IMG/VR virus record: IMGVR_UViG_3300037524_000555
Coordinates: 1-52,525 of that record
DNA from: a virus
Lineage: Duplodnaviria > Caudoviricetes
Length of the DNA stretch: 52,525 nucleotides
Direction: 5' to 3' (one strand)
Shown one piece after another: positions 43,769 through 52,525 of the stretch. Both the position numbers and the translations under genes were made by a program. Position 1 is the first letter of the stretch; the number at the start of each line of letters is the position of its first letter. The notes below the pieces were generated by a model that saw only the letters and a program-made list of their open reading frames with translations, searched no databases and had not been told where the DNA came from.

Positions 43769-44770
43769 TCAGTCTTCGTCTTCGTCGTCCCACATATCGA
43801 CGATGCTCGCCAGATCCTTCTTCGGAGGAGTGTCGGCAGCTGCAGCCTTGGCGGGGCGCTTCACCGGTTCCTCATCTTCCTCTTCGACCTTGGGCTTGGT
43901 GGAGCGCTTGGGCTTCGGCTCCTCTTCCTCGTCCTCAACCTTGGCCTTGGAGGTGCGCTTGGGCTTCGGCTGCTCCTCTTCGCCCTCGACCTCGATCTTG
44001 TCCTTCTTCGGGTCGTAGGCCTTGGTGCCGCTCGGGGTCACGCCGTCCGTCTGGGACACGGTCATGGTGATCGCGGCCAGAGCCTCGGCGCTGTCACGGG
44101 CAGCGACTGCAGCCTTCAGCTCGTCTTCGTCCAGCGGGCGGACCGGCTTGAAGAACAGCTTCGGCACCTCGTTGTCTTCGTCGAAGGTGATCCCGGTCAC
44201 CACCGCGATGATCGGGGTGCTGTGGGTGTCGAGGAGCTTGGCATAGGCCTGCATGCCCATGTGGCCCTTCACCGGCTCGCCGAAGATCGACGTGGCGGGC
44301 AGCTGCATTTGGTAGACGGTGTTGGTATCGTCACCCTCCACCGTCACGGCGATGCGCTGGTTGAAGCGGCAGGCGCGGCTCTCCCCCTGACCGGAGCCCT
44401 TCACGTTCATCGGGCAGTTGGCGCAGGACGAGGCCATACGGTTGGCTTCGGGAACGTCCGGCGAGGGCACCTTGGTGTCCGCCGACCAGCAGCGGGGCGG
44501 GGTTGCACTGTTCGGGTCGTAGGTGCCCTCGAAATAGGTGCGGCTCACGGGGGCCGCGTTCACGACCACGACGTTCAGCTGCTCACCCTTGAACGTGCGG
44601 ACCTGCTCCCCGCCGATGATCTCGCGGAACCGGCCGCCCTTGATCGAGATGCGCGGCCCGCCCACCGGGTTCCCAGCCAGCGTCTTGTTCATGCCCAGCA
44701 GGGAATTGAACAGGTCGCTGTTCACCAGAGCGTTGCCCTTGCCGCCAAACAGGGTCATTGCGTTGCTCAC
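43769..44770 (-). CDS. putative ssDNA-binding/annealing protein
   Basis: RISIKGGRF, CWS.D, CANCP.N.KGS, KLFFKP; acidic tail ending WDDEDED. Confidence 0.6.
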   Translation of the reverse strand: MSNAMTLFGGKGNALVNSDLFNSLLGMNKTLAGNPVGGPRISIKGGRFREIIGGEQVRTFKGEQLNVVVVNAAPVSRTYFEGTYDPNSATPPRCWSADTKVPSPDVPEANRMASSCANCPMNVKGSGQGESRACRFNQRIAVTVEGDDTNTVYQMQLPATSIFGEPVKGHMGMQAYAKLLDTHSTPIIAVVTGITFDEDNEVPKLFFKPVRPLDEDELKAAVAARDSAEALAAITMTVSQTDGVTPSGTKAYDPKKDKIEVEGEEEQPKPKRTSKAKVEDEEEEPKPKRSTKPKVEEEDEEPVKRPAKAAAADTPPKKDLASIVDMWDDEDED

Positions 44771-44976
44771 TTGTCGTCTCCTTCTTGTGTGGTTTGCTGC
44801 GCTTTCAGCGCGGTTTCTACGGCCGGCATATCGAAACGATAGACCGACCCCAGCTTGATGTAGCTGTCTCGGGGCACGATGCCCTTCTGGATCCAGCTGC
44901 GAAAGGTCGAGAGCGACACTTGGAAGAACTTCGCAGCCTGCTCCAGCGTCGCGTAGGGGGTGACTTTGTCCGTCAT
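44767..44976 (-). CDS. excisionase-like (HTH_17) DNA-binding protein
   Basis: TLEQAAKFFQVSLSTFRSWIQKGIVP...IKLGSVYRFD. Confidence 0.8.
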   Translation of the reverse strand: MTDKVTPYATLEQAAKFFQVSLSTFRSWIQKGIVPRDSYIKLGSVYRFDMPAVETALKAQQTTQEGDDK

Positions 44977-45377
44977 GCTTTCCTCACAGAGAGTGTGTAC
45001 TCCGCGTCGATATTGAGCGCGGGTGGGGGGTTGTCCGGGTTCTCCTCGAGGTAGGCTTTGACCGCGGTCTGGTTCAGGCGCTTCTCCAGAAAGTCCGGAA
45101 CGCCGTTCTCCAAGATGAAGGCGTGCATTGCAGCCCAATCTCCGGTCCAGTAGCGGGTCTTCGTCGTGCGATAGAACAGACCGCTTGCCGTCCGCACGGA
45201 GTCAACGCCGTGCTCCTTGCAGTGGTCGAGCAGTGCGCGCTTGATCGCGTCCATCTGTTCTGTCAGCTTCAGATCCTCGGCCTCGTATTCCGCCTTCAGC
45301 TTCGACTTGGCGTCGCGGATGCGGATGTAGGCCTTAGTCATCTTGTCGAGGAGCGGGGAGCCTGTTTCGGCTGTCAT
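44973..45377 (-). CDS. replication-module hypothetical protein
   Basis: Coiled coil, SVRTASG, DW...FI, LEKRL; AGGAG SD. Confidence 0.75.
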   Translation of the reverse strand: MTAETGSPLLDKMTKAYIRIRDAKSKLKAEYEAEDLKLTEQMDAIKRALLDHCKEHGVDSVRTASGLFYRTTKTRYWTGDWAAMHAFILENGVPDFLEKRLNQTAVKAYLEENPDNPPPALNIDAEYTLSVRKA

Positions 45378-45425
45378 TGGGTATTCTCCTGTGGTGGCCC
45401 ATTAGGTTTAGTAGTATCTCGTACC

Positions 45426-46967
45426 TTAGTCAAGCACCTCCTTGTACAAGTCGACAAGCTGGCCGAAAACGTCCTTACGGAGATCGAGCATTTCGTAGAG
45501 CCGCCGCTCCGCGTAGGATCCCTGCAGCTGGATGACGTTGCACTTGTGGGTCTGGCCTGACCGGTGCGTCCGGGCGTTGGCCTGCGAATAGGTCTCGAGC
45601 GAGGTGACCGGCCCCCACCAGATGATAGTGTCGGCGGCAGTGAGCGTGACGCCATGGGCGGCCGCCTGTGGCTGGATCAGCAAGACCTGAGGGTCAGCCT
45701 CGCGCTGGAAGCGCTGGAAGATGTCGGTCCGCTTCGACACCGGGACGTCGCCCCGGATGATGTCGATCGAATAGCCGTCTGCACGCATCTTGTCGGCCAG
45801 CACGTCGATGACGTGGGTGTAGGGCACGAAGACCAGCACCTTCTTGGTCGCCTCGGCGATGGCCTCGCACATCACCGAATAGCGGTGCTTGATGTCGAAC
45901 TCGAGGGCGTCTCCGTTCTCGTCGTAGACGGCACCGGCGCTGATCTGCAGGAGCTTGTTCATCTTCACCGCAGCGTTCACCGCCGTGACGGTGCTCCCGG
46001 CCGCCTCCATCTGCATCTCCTTGCGGAGCAGGTTGTAGTAGCGCTTCTGCTGCGCCGTGAGCTCGACTTCGCGCTTGGTGTAGACGATGTCCGGCAGGTC
46101 GAGACATTCGTCCTTGGTGAAGCGGATGGCCGGCTGCAGCGCCCGGTGCACGATCTGGGTGGCCTCGGGCCGTGGGCGCCACTGGAACTGCGTCACCTTG
46201 ATCATCACCATGTCGCGGAACAGGCCGAAGGTGCGCGGCACCCCGCCCGGGTTGACCAGCTTGGCCAGACCGTAGGCATCAACAGGCCCCTGCGCCGCAG
46301 GCGTCCCTGTCATCATCCACAGACGAGGCTGATTGAGCTGCATCATCAGCCAGCTCAACACCTTCCAGCGGTTGCTCTGGGCGTTCTTGTAGGCGTTGGC
46401 CTCGTCCACGATGACGAGGTCGAAACCGCCGGCCGCCAGCTCCTTGCGCACTACCTCGACGCCGTCGAAGTTGATGATGACGAACTCGGTGTCTGCTGCC
46501 AGCACCTTCCGGCGTTTCTCAGCGGTGCCGTGGGCGATCCCGACGGACCGGTGCATGGCGAAGCTGAACAGGTCGGCCCGCCACGCCACGTCCATGATCG
46601 AGACCGGGCAGATGACCAGCACCCGCCGCACAGCCTTGATCGACATGAGGTAGTCCGCGGCCCAGATGGCGCTGGCCGTCTTGCCGGTCCCCTGCTCTGA
46701 GAAGCAGAACGCCCGGTGGTGCAGAGTGAAGAAGGCTGCGGTTTCCTTTTGGTGCTCCATGGGCCTGAACTTGCCCGCCCAGCCGTATTGGCGCGCGATC
46801 GGGGACGGGGCCTTGATGCCCATGGCGCGCAGGCGCAGGGTCGTCTTCAGATCCCATTTGACAAGCACGGAGCTCTCGCCGAAGCGCTGCCCCTTGTCGA
46901 CGGCAGACAATACCTGATCAGGCTGCGGGGCGTCGAACAGCAGCGCCTTGTCCTTGATGATTTCCAT
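45426..46967 (-). CDS. SNF2-family DEAD-like helicase
   Basis: EQGTGKT, VIVDEA, MTGTP, HGVTLTAA, QANARTHRSGQ. Confidence 0.92.
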   Translation of the reverse strand: MEIIKDKALLFDAPQPDQVLSAVDKGQRFGESSVLVKWDLKTTLRLRAMGIKAPSPIARQYGWAGKFRPMEHQKETAAFFTLHHRAFCFSEQGTGKTASAIWAADYLMSIKAVRRVLVICPVSIMDVAWRADLFSFAMHRSVGIAHGTAEKRRKVLAADTEFVIINFDGVEVVRKELAAGGFDLVIVDEANAYKNAQSNRWKVLSWLMMQLNQPRLWMMTGTPAAQGPVDAYGLAKLVNPGGVPRTFGLFRDMVMIKVTQFQWRPRPEATQIVHRALQPAIRFTKDECLDLPDIVYTKREVELTAQQKRYYNLLRKEMQMEAAGSTVTAVNAAVKMNKLLQISAGAVYDENGDALEFDIKHRYSVMCEAIAEATKKVLVFVPYTHVIDVLADKMRADGYSIDIIRGDVPVSKRTDIFQRFQREADPQVLLIQPQAAAHGVTLTAADTIIWWGPVTSLETYSQANARTHRSGQTHKCNVIQLQGSYAERRLYEMLDLRKDVFGQLVDLYKEVLD

Positions 46968-46969
46968 GT

Positions 46970-47230
46970 CTAGGGTTTCTCGCCTTTCTTGTGGCCGTTT
47001 CGGGCCCGGTTCCTGCTTGGCGCCTCGAGCTTGTAGCCGTCGGCATTGGTGCCCCCTTTCGCGAGGGCCTTCTTGTGGCTGATGTCCTTGCCCTTCCGGG
47101 CGGCCTTGCCATGCTTGGCGTCGAACTCACGGCGAGCACGTTGCCGCTCCATGCGGTCTTCGTGCTCGCCGCGTTCCTTCTGTAGCTCATATTCCCGCTT
47201 CCACGGACGCGGTTTATTAACATACGGCAT
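46970..47230 (-). CDS. small basic HNH-like protein
   Basis: GKDISHKKALAKGGTN...NRARN. Confidence 0.65.
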   Translation of the reverse strand: MPYVNKPRPWKREYELQKERGEHEDRMERQRARREFDAKHGKAARKGKDISHKKALAKGGTNADGYKLEAPSRNRARNGHKKGEKP

Positions 47231-47264
47231 TCTGCGCCTCCTGTTAGGGGTGTCCCCTAACCTA

Positions 47265-47726
47265 TCACGACTTGCCCGTTTTCCACAAATTGCGGTCGTC
47301 CCACGCCCGGTAATCCCACTCGCCAGAGACCGGGCCCCGCAGGGACGACGAGCCGGATGTCACATAGCCCCCGCTGGAATACGGGTTCAGTGCGCCGACG
47401 CCACCTCCCCCACTGCTGGAGACGCTCATGGTCTGTGCCCGGGCTGCGGCCATACCGGCGTTGACGCCGGCGTCGTAGGTCTTGGCCGAGGTGTCTTTTC
47501 TGATCTCCTGCCACAGGGTGCTCACGAACTCGGGGGACCGCATCACGTCGACGATGAGTGCCGAGATCGCGCCGCGGAGCACGCCCTCAGGCGATGCTGA
47601 CGAGATGGTGCGCTTGAGCGGGTCGCCCTTCACCAAGACATCCACGAGCGCGGCGAGCACTCGCTCTTCCACCTGCATGTTGAGCAGGATGGCTGCTTCG
47701 GAGGGGGTAGGGGTTGGTTCATCCAT
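47265..47726 (-). CDS. hypothetical protein
   Basis: 153 aa, overlaps upstream stop. Confidence 0.6.
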   Translation of the reverse strand: MDEPTPTPSEAAILLNMQVEERVLAALVDVLVKGDPLKRTISSASPEGVLRGAISALIVDVMRSPEFVSTLWQEIRKDTSAKTYDAGVNAGMAAARAQTMSVSSSGGGGVGALNPYSSGGYVTSGSSSLRGPVSGEWDYRAWDDRNLWKTGKS

Positions 47727-48384
47727 TGTGAGGACACTCCGTCACAGGGCAGTGCTTCCGGCACAGGCCCGAGGGTTTGGCGTTCCAGACGCCGCTCTTG
47801 TAGGCTTCCAGCAGCTGGCTGTATTTCCCCAGCCAGTCCGCCCACATAGCCTTGCGCTCCTTGCGGTGATAGGTGCCCTCGATGACGTCCCCGGGGACGA
47901 CAAAGAGGAGCTTGCCGCGCACTTCCTTGATCTCCGGGAACAGCACGAAGATCATCAGCGCCATCAGCCCCAGCTGCCCGGTGTCGGCATAGCGGCTCGA
48001 CTTGCCGGTCTTGTAGTCGATATAGAAGGCCACGCCCTTCTCACGCTGCAGGATGATGAGGTCGCCGATGCCGCGGACGAAACAGTCTTTGGCGAAGAAC
48101 TCGCACGGCTCAAGGCTGGTGTTCAGGGCCATCTTGTGCTCGCACAGGCGCTCGCCCTTGATCCGCAGCAGCGCGTCGAGCACTGGCTTCACATGGCTGA
48201 ACCTCGAGTTCATCTCGACCCCGTCGCGGACATAGTCCTCGCAGGCCTTGTGGAACTCTTCACCGTAGATCGTGGCGGCCGTCGGCTGGCTGACGTAGTC
48301 CTTGACCACCCGGGTGTGGTAGAACTGCTTCGGGCAGGTCAGAAACGTCTTCAGGCTGCTGAAGGACCATGCGGGCATCTTCAT
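47719..48384 (-). CDS. PD-(D/E)XK (Cas4/RecB-like) exonuclease
   Basis: WSFSSL..F..CP, GIGDL, IDYKTGK, QL, C-terminal CRKHCPVTEC. Confidence 0.85.
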   Translation of the reverse strand: MKMPAWSFSSLKTFLTCPKQFYHTRVVKDYVSQPTAATIYGEEFHKACEDYVRDGVEMNSRFSHVKPVLDALLRIKGERLCEHKMALNTSLEPCEFFAKDCFVRGIGDLIILQREKGVAFYIDYKTGKSSRYADTGQLGLMALMIFVLFPEIKEVRGKLLFVVPGDVIEGTYHRKERKAMWADWLGKYSQLLEAYKSGVWNAKPSGLCRKHCPVTECPHNG

Positions 48385-48662
48385 GCTAGCACGTCCACGA
48401 ACAGGTCCAGAGGAGCACCCTCTTTGTCCGGCATGATGATCAGAAATTGTCCGGTCTTGCAGTCGACGCACCGCATCAGGACGTCAACCCGGTGCCGGAA
48501 CATCGCACTGTCACGGTCTTTCGTGATCGTGAGCTCCTCAGGGATGCAGAAGCCGCCACACTTCTTGCACGTCACGTCGTGAGTTCTCCCCGCGCTCAGC
48601 TGCGGTCGCTCGTCCTTGGCTCGAAGAGCCTTGTTGGTCGTTATGCTGCGGCCCATACCCAT
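48381..48662 (-). CDS. Zn-ribbon hypothetical protein
   Basis: CKKCGG...CVDC. Confidence 0.6.
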   Translation of the reverse strand: MGMGRSITTNKALRAKDERPQLSAGRTHDVTCKKCGGFCIPEELTITKDRDSAMFRHRVDVLMRCVDCKTGQFLIIMPDKEGAPLDLFVDVLA

Positions 48663-50533
48663 ACTCCTTTGTGGTTTTCGACGATCTTGCCGGTGTCGCG
48701 CAGTTCAACCCACGCCTTGCTGTTTTTCCGGGGGAGCTTCTCGGTGACCGGTCTCGGCACCGCCCCGATGTCCATCAGGATGCTCTCGGCCTCTGCGATA
48801 TACCACTGGAAATTGAGGTCCAGCGGGAACACTTCCGGGAGATCCATGACCGGCCGCGCGCCCTCTGAGCGCGGGACCATGTTGTTGTTCGTGACGTAGT
48901 GGATGGCGCTCGTCTCCTGCACCGAATAGTACCAGCGGATGGCTCGGCCAATCTCCACGCCGTCCTTGACCGCCCCTCCGTTCACCGTGCGCAGCGTCAG
49001 GAACTTGGTGATGTCCCGGCACGAGCAGACCGTACCTTGGATGGACAGCCCCCGCGTCAGGTAAGCGATCACCGCTTCGTTGCAGATCATGTTCTGCGGG
49101 CTCTTCGCCAGCGACGGCGGGCCGAACGCGCCCTTGGCCTTGACCTTCCCGTCTTCCTTGATCGCGATGTAGTTGTTCACGTCGCGCGAGTAGATCGCCT
49201 TGTAGACAGTCTCTTCCGTCTTCAGGTTGGTGCGCTTCTCCCACGCCGCGATGATGGCGTTGACGTCGTCGCGCAGGGCCCGGGGGCACTTGATCAGGAT
49301 GCCGTCAGTGTTGGCCGAAACCACGGGGACACCGTAGAGCTCCAACGCCTCGATCAGCATGAGGATGGTCAGCTGCCCGGTGATCGTCGTCCTGATCATG
49401 AAGTCCGGCGAGTAGAGCGTGCTGTAGCGGTTCGAGGTCTTCCCGAAGGTGCCGTTGAGAACGATCTTCAGGGAGTTCGACTTGACCATGTCGCCGGCAT
49501 GCTTGGCCGTGAGGCGATCCTCGAGGATGCCACCGTAGACCGGGTTGAAGTGCGACCCGAAGCCGCCCGGCTCCATCTGCATGTTCAGCATCATGCGAGG
49601 ATAGTAGCTCTCCACGTCCCGGTCGATCAGCACGTTCTCCTCATCTGAGAAGTGAGCGACGCTCGTCTCCTGACTGTGCAGCCCCCCGATGCCGATCTTG
49701 TAGCGGCTGTTGCCGATGGTGATGACCATCTTCTCGATCTCGGGCGGCAGGATGACGTGGCCGGTCTTGCTGTCCAGCTCCATGTCCGACGTGCAGATCG
49801 TGTTCAGGGTTTCCCGCAGGGTCTCGGTAGCGAAGCGGATATACTTGGGCGGCTCGTAGCGGAACCGGCTGTAGTCGGGCTTCGTTTTCGGCGGGGTCTC
49901 CCCGGTGCGGCGCTCGAACTCGGCCTTGAGCACCTCTTCCGCAATCTTGGCGTCGGACTTCGAGCGCAGGTCCACGCCATAGGTCTGGCTCATCGTGCGA
50001 CGCAGGTCGACCTGCCCTTCCAGCGCCTTGTAGAGCATCTGGGTGACCTTGAGGTCGTTCTTGCAGTAGCTTCGCAGCAGCGACACCTGCTCGGGCGTGA
50101 TCAGCGCATCGTGCGGGATAGGCAGCTCTTGCAGACGTGGGCTGTGCAGACGCCCGCCGTAGATCTTCAGGCTATGCTGCCCCGGCGCCACATCAATGAG
50201 GTCGATGTGGTTCAGCTTCGGCTCGCGCAGCCCGTGGTTCTTGTAGAAAACCCACGGCTTGATGTTGCGACCGATGATCTCGTCGCTCACGTCCTTGATG
50301 GCGCTCGTGTCCGGGTTGACCATGGCGAATGTCAGCACGGGGATGTCGTAGGTGTTGCCGTTGAAGGTCACCAGCTCCACGTCCTTGGCCTTGATCACGG
50401 CGAGGAGCTCCTCCGGGTCGAAGTTACTCTCGTCGTCGAACATCTCGAAGCGCTTGGTGCGCCCCTCTTCGTTCATGATCAGGGCGAGGAAGTAGTTGCG
50501 GTAGACCTCGATGTCGAGAAAGAGGCGTGTCAC
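48641..50533 (-). CDS. family-B-type DNA polymerase with 3'-5' exonuclease domain
   Basis: GTG start; LDIE, FNGNTYD, YCKND exo motifs; DVESYYP, KIVLNGTFGK, ANTDG polymerase motifs. Confidence 0.88.
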   Translation of the reverse strand: MTRLFLDIEVYRNYFLALIMNEEGRTKRFEMFDDESNFDPEELLAVIKAKDVELVTFNGNTYDIPVLTFAMVNPDTSAIKDVSDEIIGRNIKPWVFYKNHGLREPKLNHIDLIDVAPGQHSLKIYGGRLHSPRLQELPIPHDALITPEQVSLLRSYCKNDLKVTQMLYKALEGQVDLRRTMSQTYGVDLRSKSDAKIAEEVLKAEFERRTGETPPKTKPDYSRFRYEPPKYIRFATETLRETLNTICTSDMELDSKTGHVILPPEIEKMVITIGNSRYKIGIGGLHSQETSVAHFSDEENVLIDRDVESYYPRMMLNMQMEPGGFGSHFNPVYGGILEDRLTAKHAGDMVKSNSLKIVLNGTFGKTSNRYSTLYSPDFMIRTTITGQLTILMLIEALELYGVPVVSANTDGILIKCPRALRDDVNAIIAAWEKRTNLKTEETVYKAIYSRDVNNYIAIKEDGKVKAKGAFGPPSLAKSPQNMICNEAVIAYLTRGLSIQGTVCSCRDITKFLTLRTVNGGAVKDGVEIGRAIRWYYSVQETSAIHYVTNNNMVPRSEGARPVMDLPEVFPLDLNFQWYIAEAESILMDIGAVPRPVTEKLPRKNSKAWVELRDTGKIVENHKGVWVWAAA

Positions 50534-51081
50534 AGAACCCCTCCCATGACCTTGTCGATCTCGATCAGGTGCATCGCCTGCGAGATGGCGTCGTCGAGCG
50601 CGTTGTGGTGCTCGCCCATCCGGACCAGCTCGACCTGAGGGTAGAGCGACTTGATCGTGCGATAGCACCGGTCCTGCCAGAAGGGCCACGGGGCCTTGAT
50701 GCCGGCACGACGATAGGCTTCGGTCAGCATGACGTTGTCGAAGCTGGCGCCATTGCCCCAGACACCCATCGGCTCCCACGGACCGAGCCAGTCCGAGAAG
50801 CGCTGCAAAGCCACCTTTGGCTCGATGCCACGGCGTGTGATGGCTTCACGGGCCTTGTCGCCTTGGCCCAGCCACCAGATGACCGTTTCCGGCTCAATGA
50901 CCGCACCATCGCGCACAGACCACGCAAGGTCGATGACCTCGTAGAATTTGCTGACGATGCCGCCGAGCTGGACTTCACCGTCCTTGTGCTGACGCCACGG
51001 CTGGAATGCCACGGCACCGATGGAGACGACTGGGGAGTTTGGGCGGGTGCCCATGGTTTCGAGGTCGATCATGACGTGCAT
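50530..51081 (-). CDS. DEDD 3'-5' exonuclease
   Basis: MIDLETMG, WGNGASFD, HNALDDA. Confidence 0.88.
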   Translation of the reverse strand: MHVMIDLETMGTRPNSPVVSIGAVAFQPWRQHKDGEVQLGGIVSKFYEVIDLAWSVRDGAVIEPETVIWWLGQGDKAREAITRRGIEPKVALQRFSDWLGPWEPMGVWGNGASFDNVMLTEAYRRAGIKAPWPFWQDRCYRTIKSLYPQVELVRMGEHHNALDDAISQAMHLIEIDKVMGGVL

Positions 51082-51386
51082 CACTTGATCTCCTCGATCA
51101 GGAGCCACGCGGCTGCCATGTAGACGACGGCCCCAAGCAGCTCGGCCCGGGCCCGGTCCTTCTCGCCGCGGGCGAGCATACCCATGGCTTCCTGCCCTTT
51201 CTTCATGGCCTGCCCGATCTGGTAGCCGGGGCCGACCATGCGACCGATCTCCATGATCGGCTGCCGGTGGAACGAACGACCGTTGGCGTGGCGCTCTTTG
51301 CCCTTGCCCGCAGAAGCCTGCTCAAGGGCGGCGTCCAGCGCGCGGGTCAGTTCGATGTAATCGGGATCATACGCAAGCTGCGACAT
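51081..51386 (-). CDS. all-alpha phage hypothetical protein
   Basis: GKGKERHA, GQAMKK..E, ELLGA..Y; GAGGAG SD. Confidence 0.7.
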   Translation of the reverse strand: MSQLAYDPDYIELTRALDAALEQASAGKGKERHANGRSFHRQPIMEIGRMVGPGYQIGQAMKKGQEAMGMLARGEKDRARAELLGAVVYMAAAWLLIEEIK

Positions 51387-51420
51387 GATTGTCTCCTCTG
51401 TGTTTGAACGGTTCTTGGTG

Positions 51421-51455
51421 TTTACAGACCTTAGCATAACGCACAGGTCTGTAAA
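51421..51455. promoter_or_regulatory. 11-bp inverted repeat (operator or hairpin)
   Basis: TTTACAGACCT-13 nt-AGGTCTGTAAA in the intergenic gap upstream of the replication genes. Confidence 0.6.
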
Positions 51456-51520
51456 GGGTGTTATATGATCACTCTTGGATCACTTCGCGAACGCGGATTT
51501 CCTCTGATGGCTAATGGTGG

Positions 51521-51793
51521 TCATTGCTTCGGTTCCCAGACTTCGCAGTCCATGTTCTCCGACAGGGGCTCCGTGTTGTGATCGTGACCAATCAGTTTCA
51601 GCTCAGGGGCGGTGGGTAAATCGTCCCACACAAGGCGGGGCGACAGATAGGTTTTGGCGAAATTCGGCTGCCACATACCCTTTGCCGGCATCTTCACGGT
51701 CTTTACGAAATGCAGCCAGTAATGGCATTCGGCATTGAGGGCGTCACGGTCCCCTCGCATGAAGCGGCAGGTTTTGCAAAAGCGTCCGGTCAT
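51521..51793 (-). CDS. Cys-containing hypothetical protein
   Basis: MTGRFCKTCRF...ECH...DCEVW; ATGA coupling. Confidence 0.6.
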   Translation of the reverse strand: MTGRFCKTCRFMRGDRDALNAECHYWLHFVKTVKMPAKGMWQPNFAKTYLSPRLVWDDLPTAPELKLIGHDHNTEPLSENMDCEVWEPKQ

Positions 51794-51981
51794 TTCAGCA
51801 CCATTACCAGACCGTCTTTCACGCACAGACCTTTCGAGCCTGTGATGGGAACGACCTGTCCTTGGGCAATTACCTCGCACTGGAACTTGAAGCGCTGGTG
51901 CGTCTGGATCGAGCCATAGATGATCCCATAAAGCAGGGTGATTACGGTGCCCAAAAAGATGGACAACTTGAGAGCGCTCAT
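51790..51981 (-). CDS. small membrane protein
   Basis: N-terminal TM helix; ATGA coupling. Confidence 0.6.
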   Translation of the reverse strand: MSALKLSIFLGTVITLLYGIIYGSIQTHQRFKFQCEVIAQGQVVPITGSKGLCVKDGLVMVLK

Positions 51982-52433
51982 GGCTGCACCTTTCCGGCGC
52001 GGACTTCAAATGGGTTCTTTGTCGGCTTTTCTGGATCACCGTCTTCGTCGGCACATCTGGCGTTGTAACCATCATTCCATGCCTGCGCCCTCACCGCTTC
52101 CAGCGCGGCGGCGTGGTCGGCGTCGAAAGGGGGGTGCTGATTGTAAAGATCGCCTTCATTTGCCCACACAAGAACGGCGTCGCCCATTTTGATAAGTGCC
52201 TGCCCCGGACCATCAGCCCGCAAGTTCGCGCGCATCTCCTGAATCGTTTCGCCGGTCGCGCGGACGTAATTGACCCGCGCCCGCTGCAACGCCGCAGCGG
52301 TCAGCGCCTTGGTCTCGGGCAGTTTGGCAAGGACGGCGGGGTCGCGGCGGACGTATGGTGTGTCTCCGTCGCCTTCGTCGAGGTAGGCGTCCATTTCGCG
52401 GACGTGCAGCCAAATGAAATTCGGTTCGCTCAT
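51978..52433 (-). CDS. hypothetical protein
   Basis: MSEPNFIWL start after GGGGAG; TPYVRRD motif. Confidence 0.6.
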   Translation of the reverse strand: MSEPNFIWLHVREMDAYLDEGDGDTPYVRRDPAVLAKLPETKALTAAALQRARVNYVRATGETIQEMRANLRADGPGQALIKMGDAVLVWANEGDLYNQHPPFDADHAAALEAVRAQAWNDGYNARCADEDGDPEKPTKNPFEVRAGKVQP

Positions 52434-52525
52434 TTCACACACTCCCCCACGAAGGCGAACTCGCCGGTGGTGGGGCAGTAAAGCCCCAGACCGCGCCCGA
52501 CGATGTCGGCCGTCCATCCGGCGTC

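Noticed and set aside
44767-44976. Excisionase implying a temperate prophage
   Set aside because: No integrase, CI-like repressor or host genes in the window; lifestyle cannot be settled if the genome extends beyond it.
47719-48384. Cas4 as evidence of a CRISPR-Cas system
   Set aside because: Stand-alone PD-(D/E)XK nuclease in a replication operon; no other cas genes or array.
50534-50779. N-terminal extension of the polymerase given in the ORF track
   Set aside because: Overlaps the exonuclease gene; GTG at 50533 coupled to its TGA with a GGGAGG SD is the better start.
1-52525. tRNA or rRNA genes
   Set aside because: No cloverleaf with T-loop consensus or rRNA-like sequence found by eye in the intergenic gaps; tRNAscan-SE would confirm.

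Overview
The whole window is a GC-rich tailed dsDNA phage sequence with podovirus-like architecture (no tape-measure or sheath gene seen; tail-stabilisation and ejection proteins present). An alphaproteobacterial host is an inference only. A plus-strand late arm (~4665-40535) runs putative small terminase, TerL, portal, GroES, an Acb2-like cyclic-nucleotide sponge, scaffold, capsid, an EndoVII-type homing nuclease, a lysis cassette, adaptor, tail and fibre genes, ejection proteins and a 2227-aa polyvalent protein. A minus-strand arm (40625-52525, and 1-4192) carries primase-helicase, SSB-like protein, SNF2 helicase, PD-(D/E)XK nuclease, family-B DNA polymerase, DEDD exonuclease and small early genes. 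No integrase, tRNA, rRNA or CRISPR array was seen. The most unusual signals are: (1) eight copies of an 18-bp palindrome GCTAGGA-N4-TCCTAGC confined to the early region, supplying stop codons and sitting before start sites like cassette boundaries; (2) an AT-rich iteron/IHF-site island among them; (3) two promoter-sRNA-terminator units displaying an anti-Shine-Dalgarno UCCUCCC motif; (4) an abruptly recoded capsid 3' end beside the homing nuclease; (5) the Acb2-like gene inside the head operon. Product calls come from motif recognition and synteny, not database searches.
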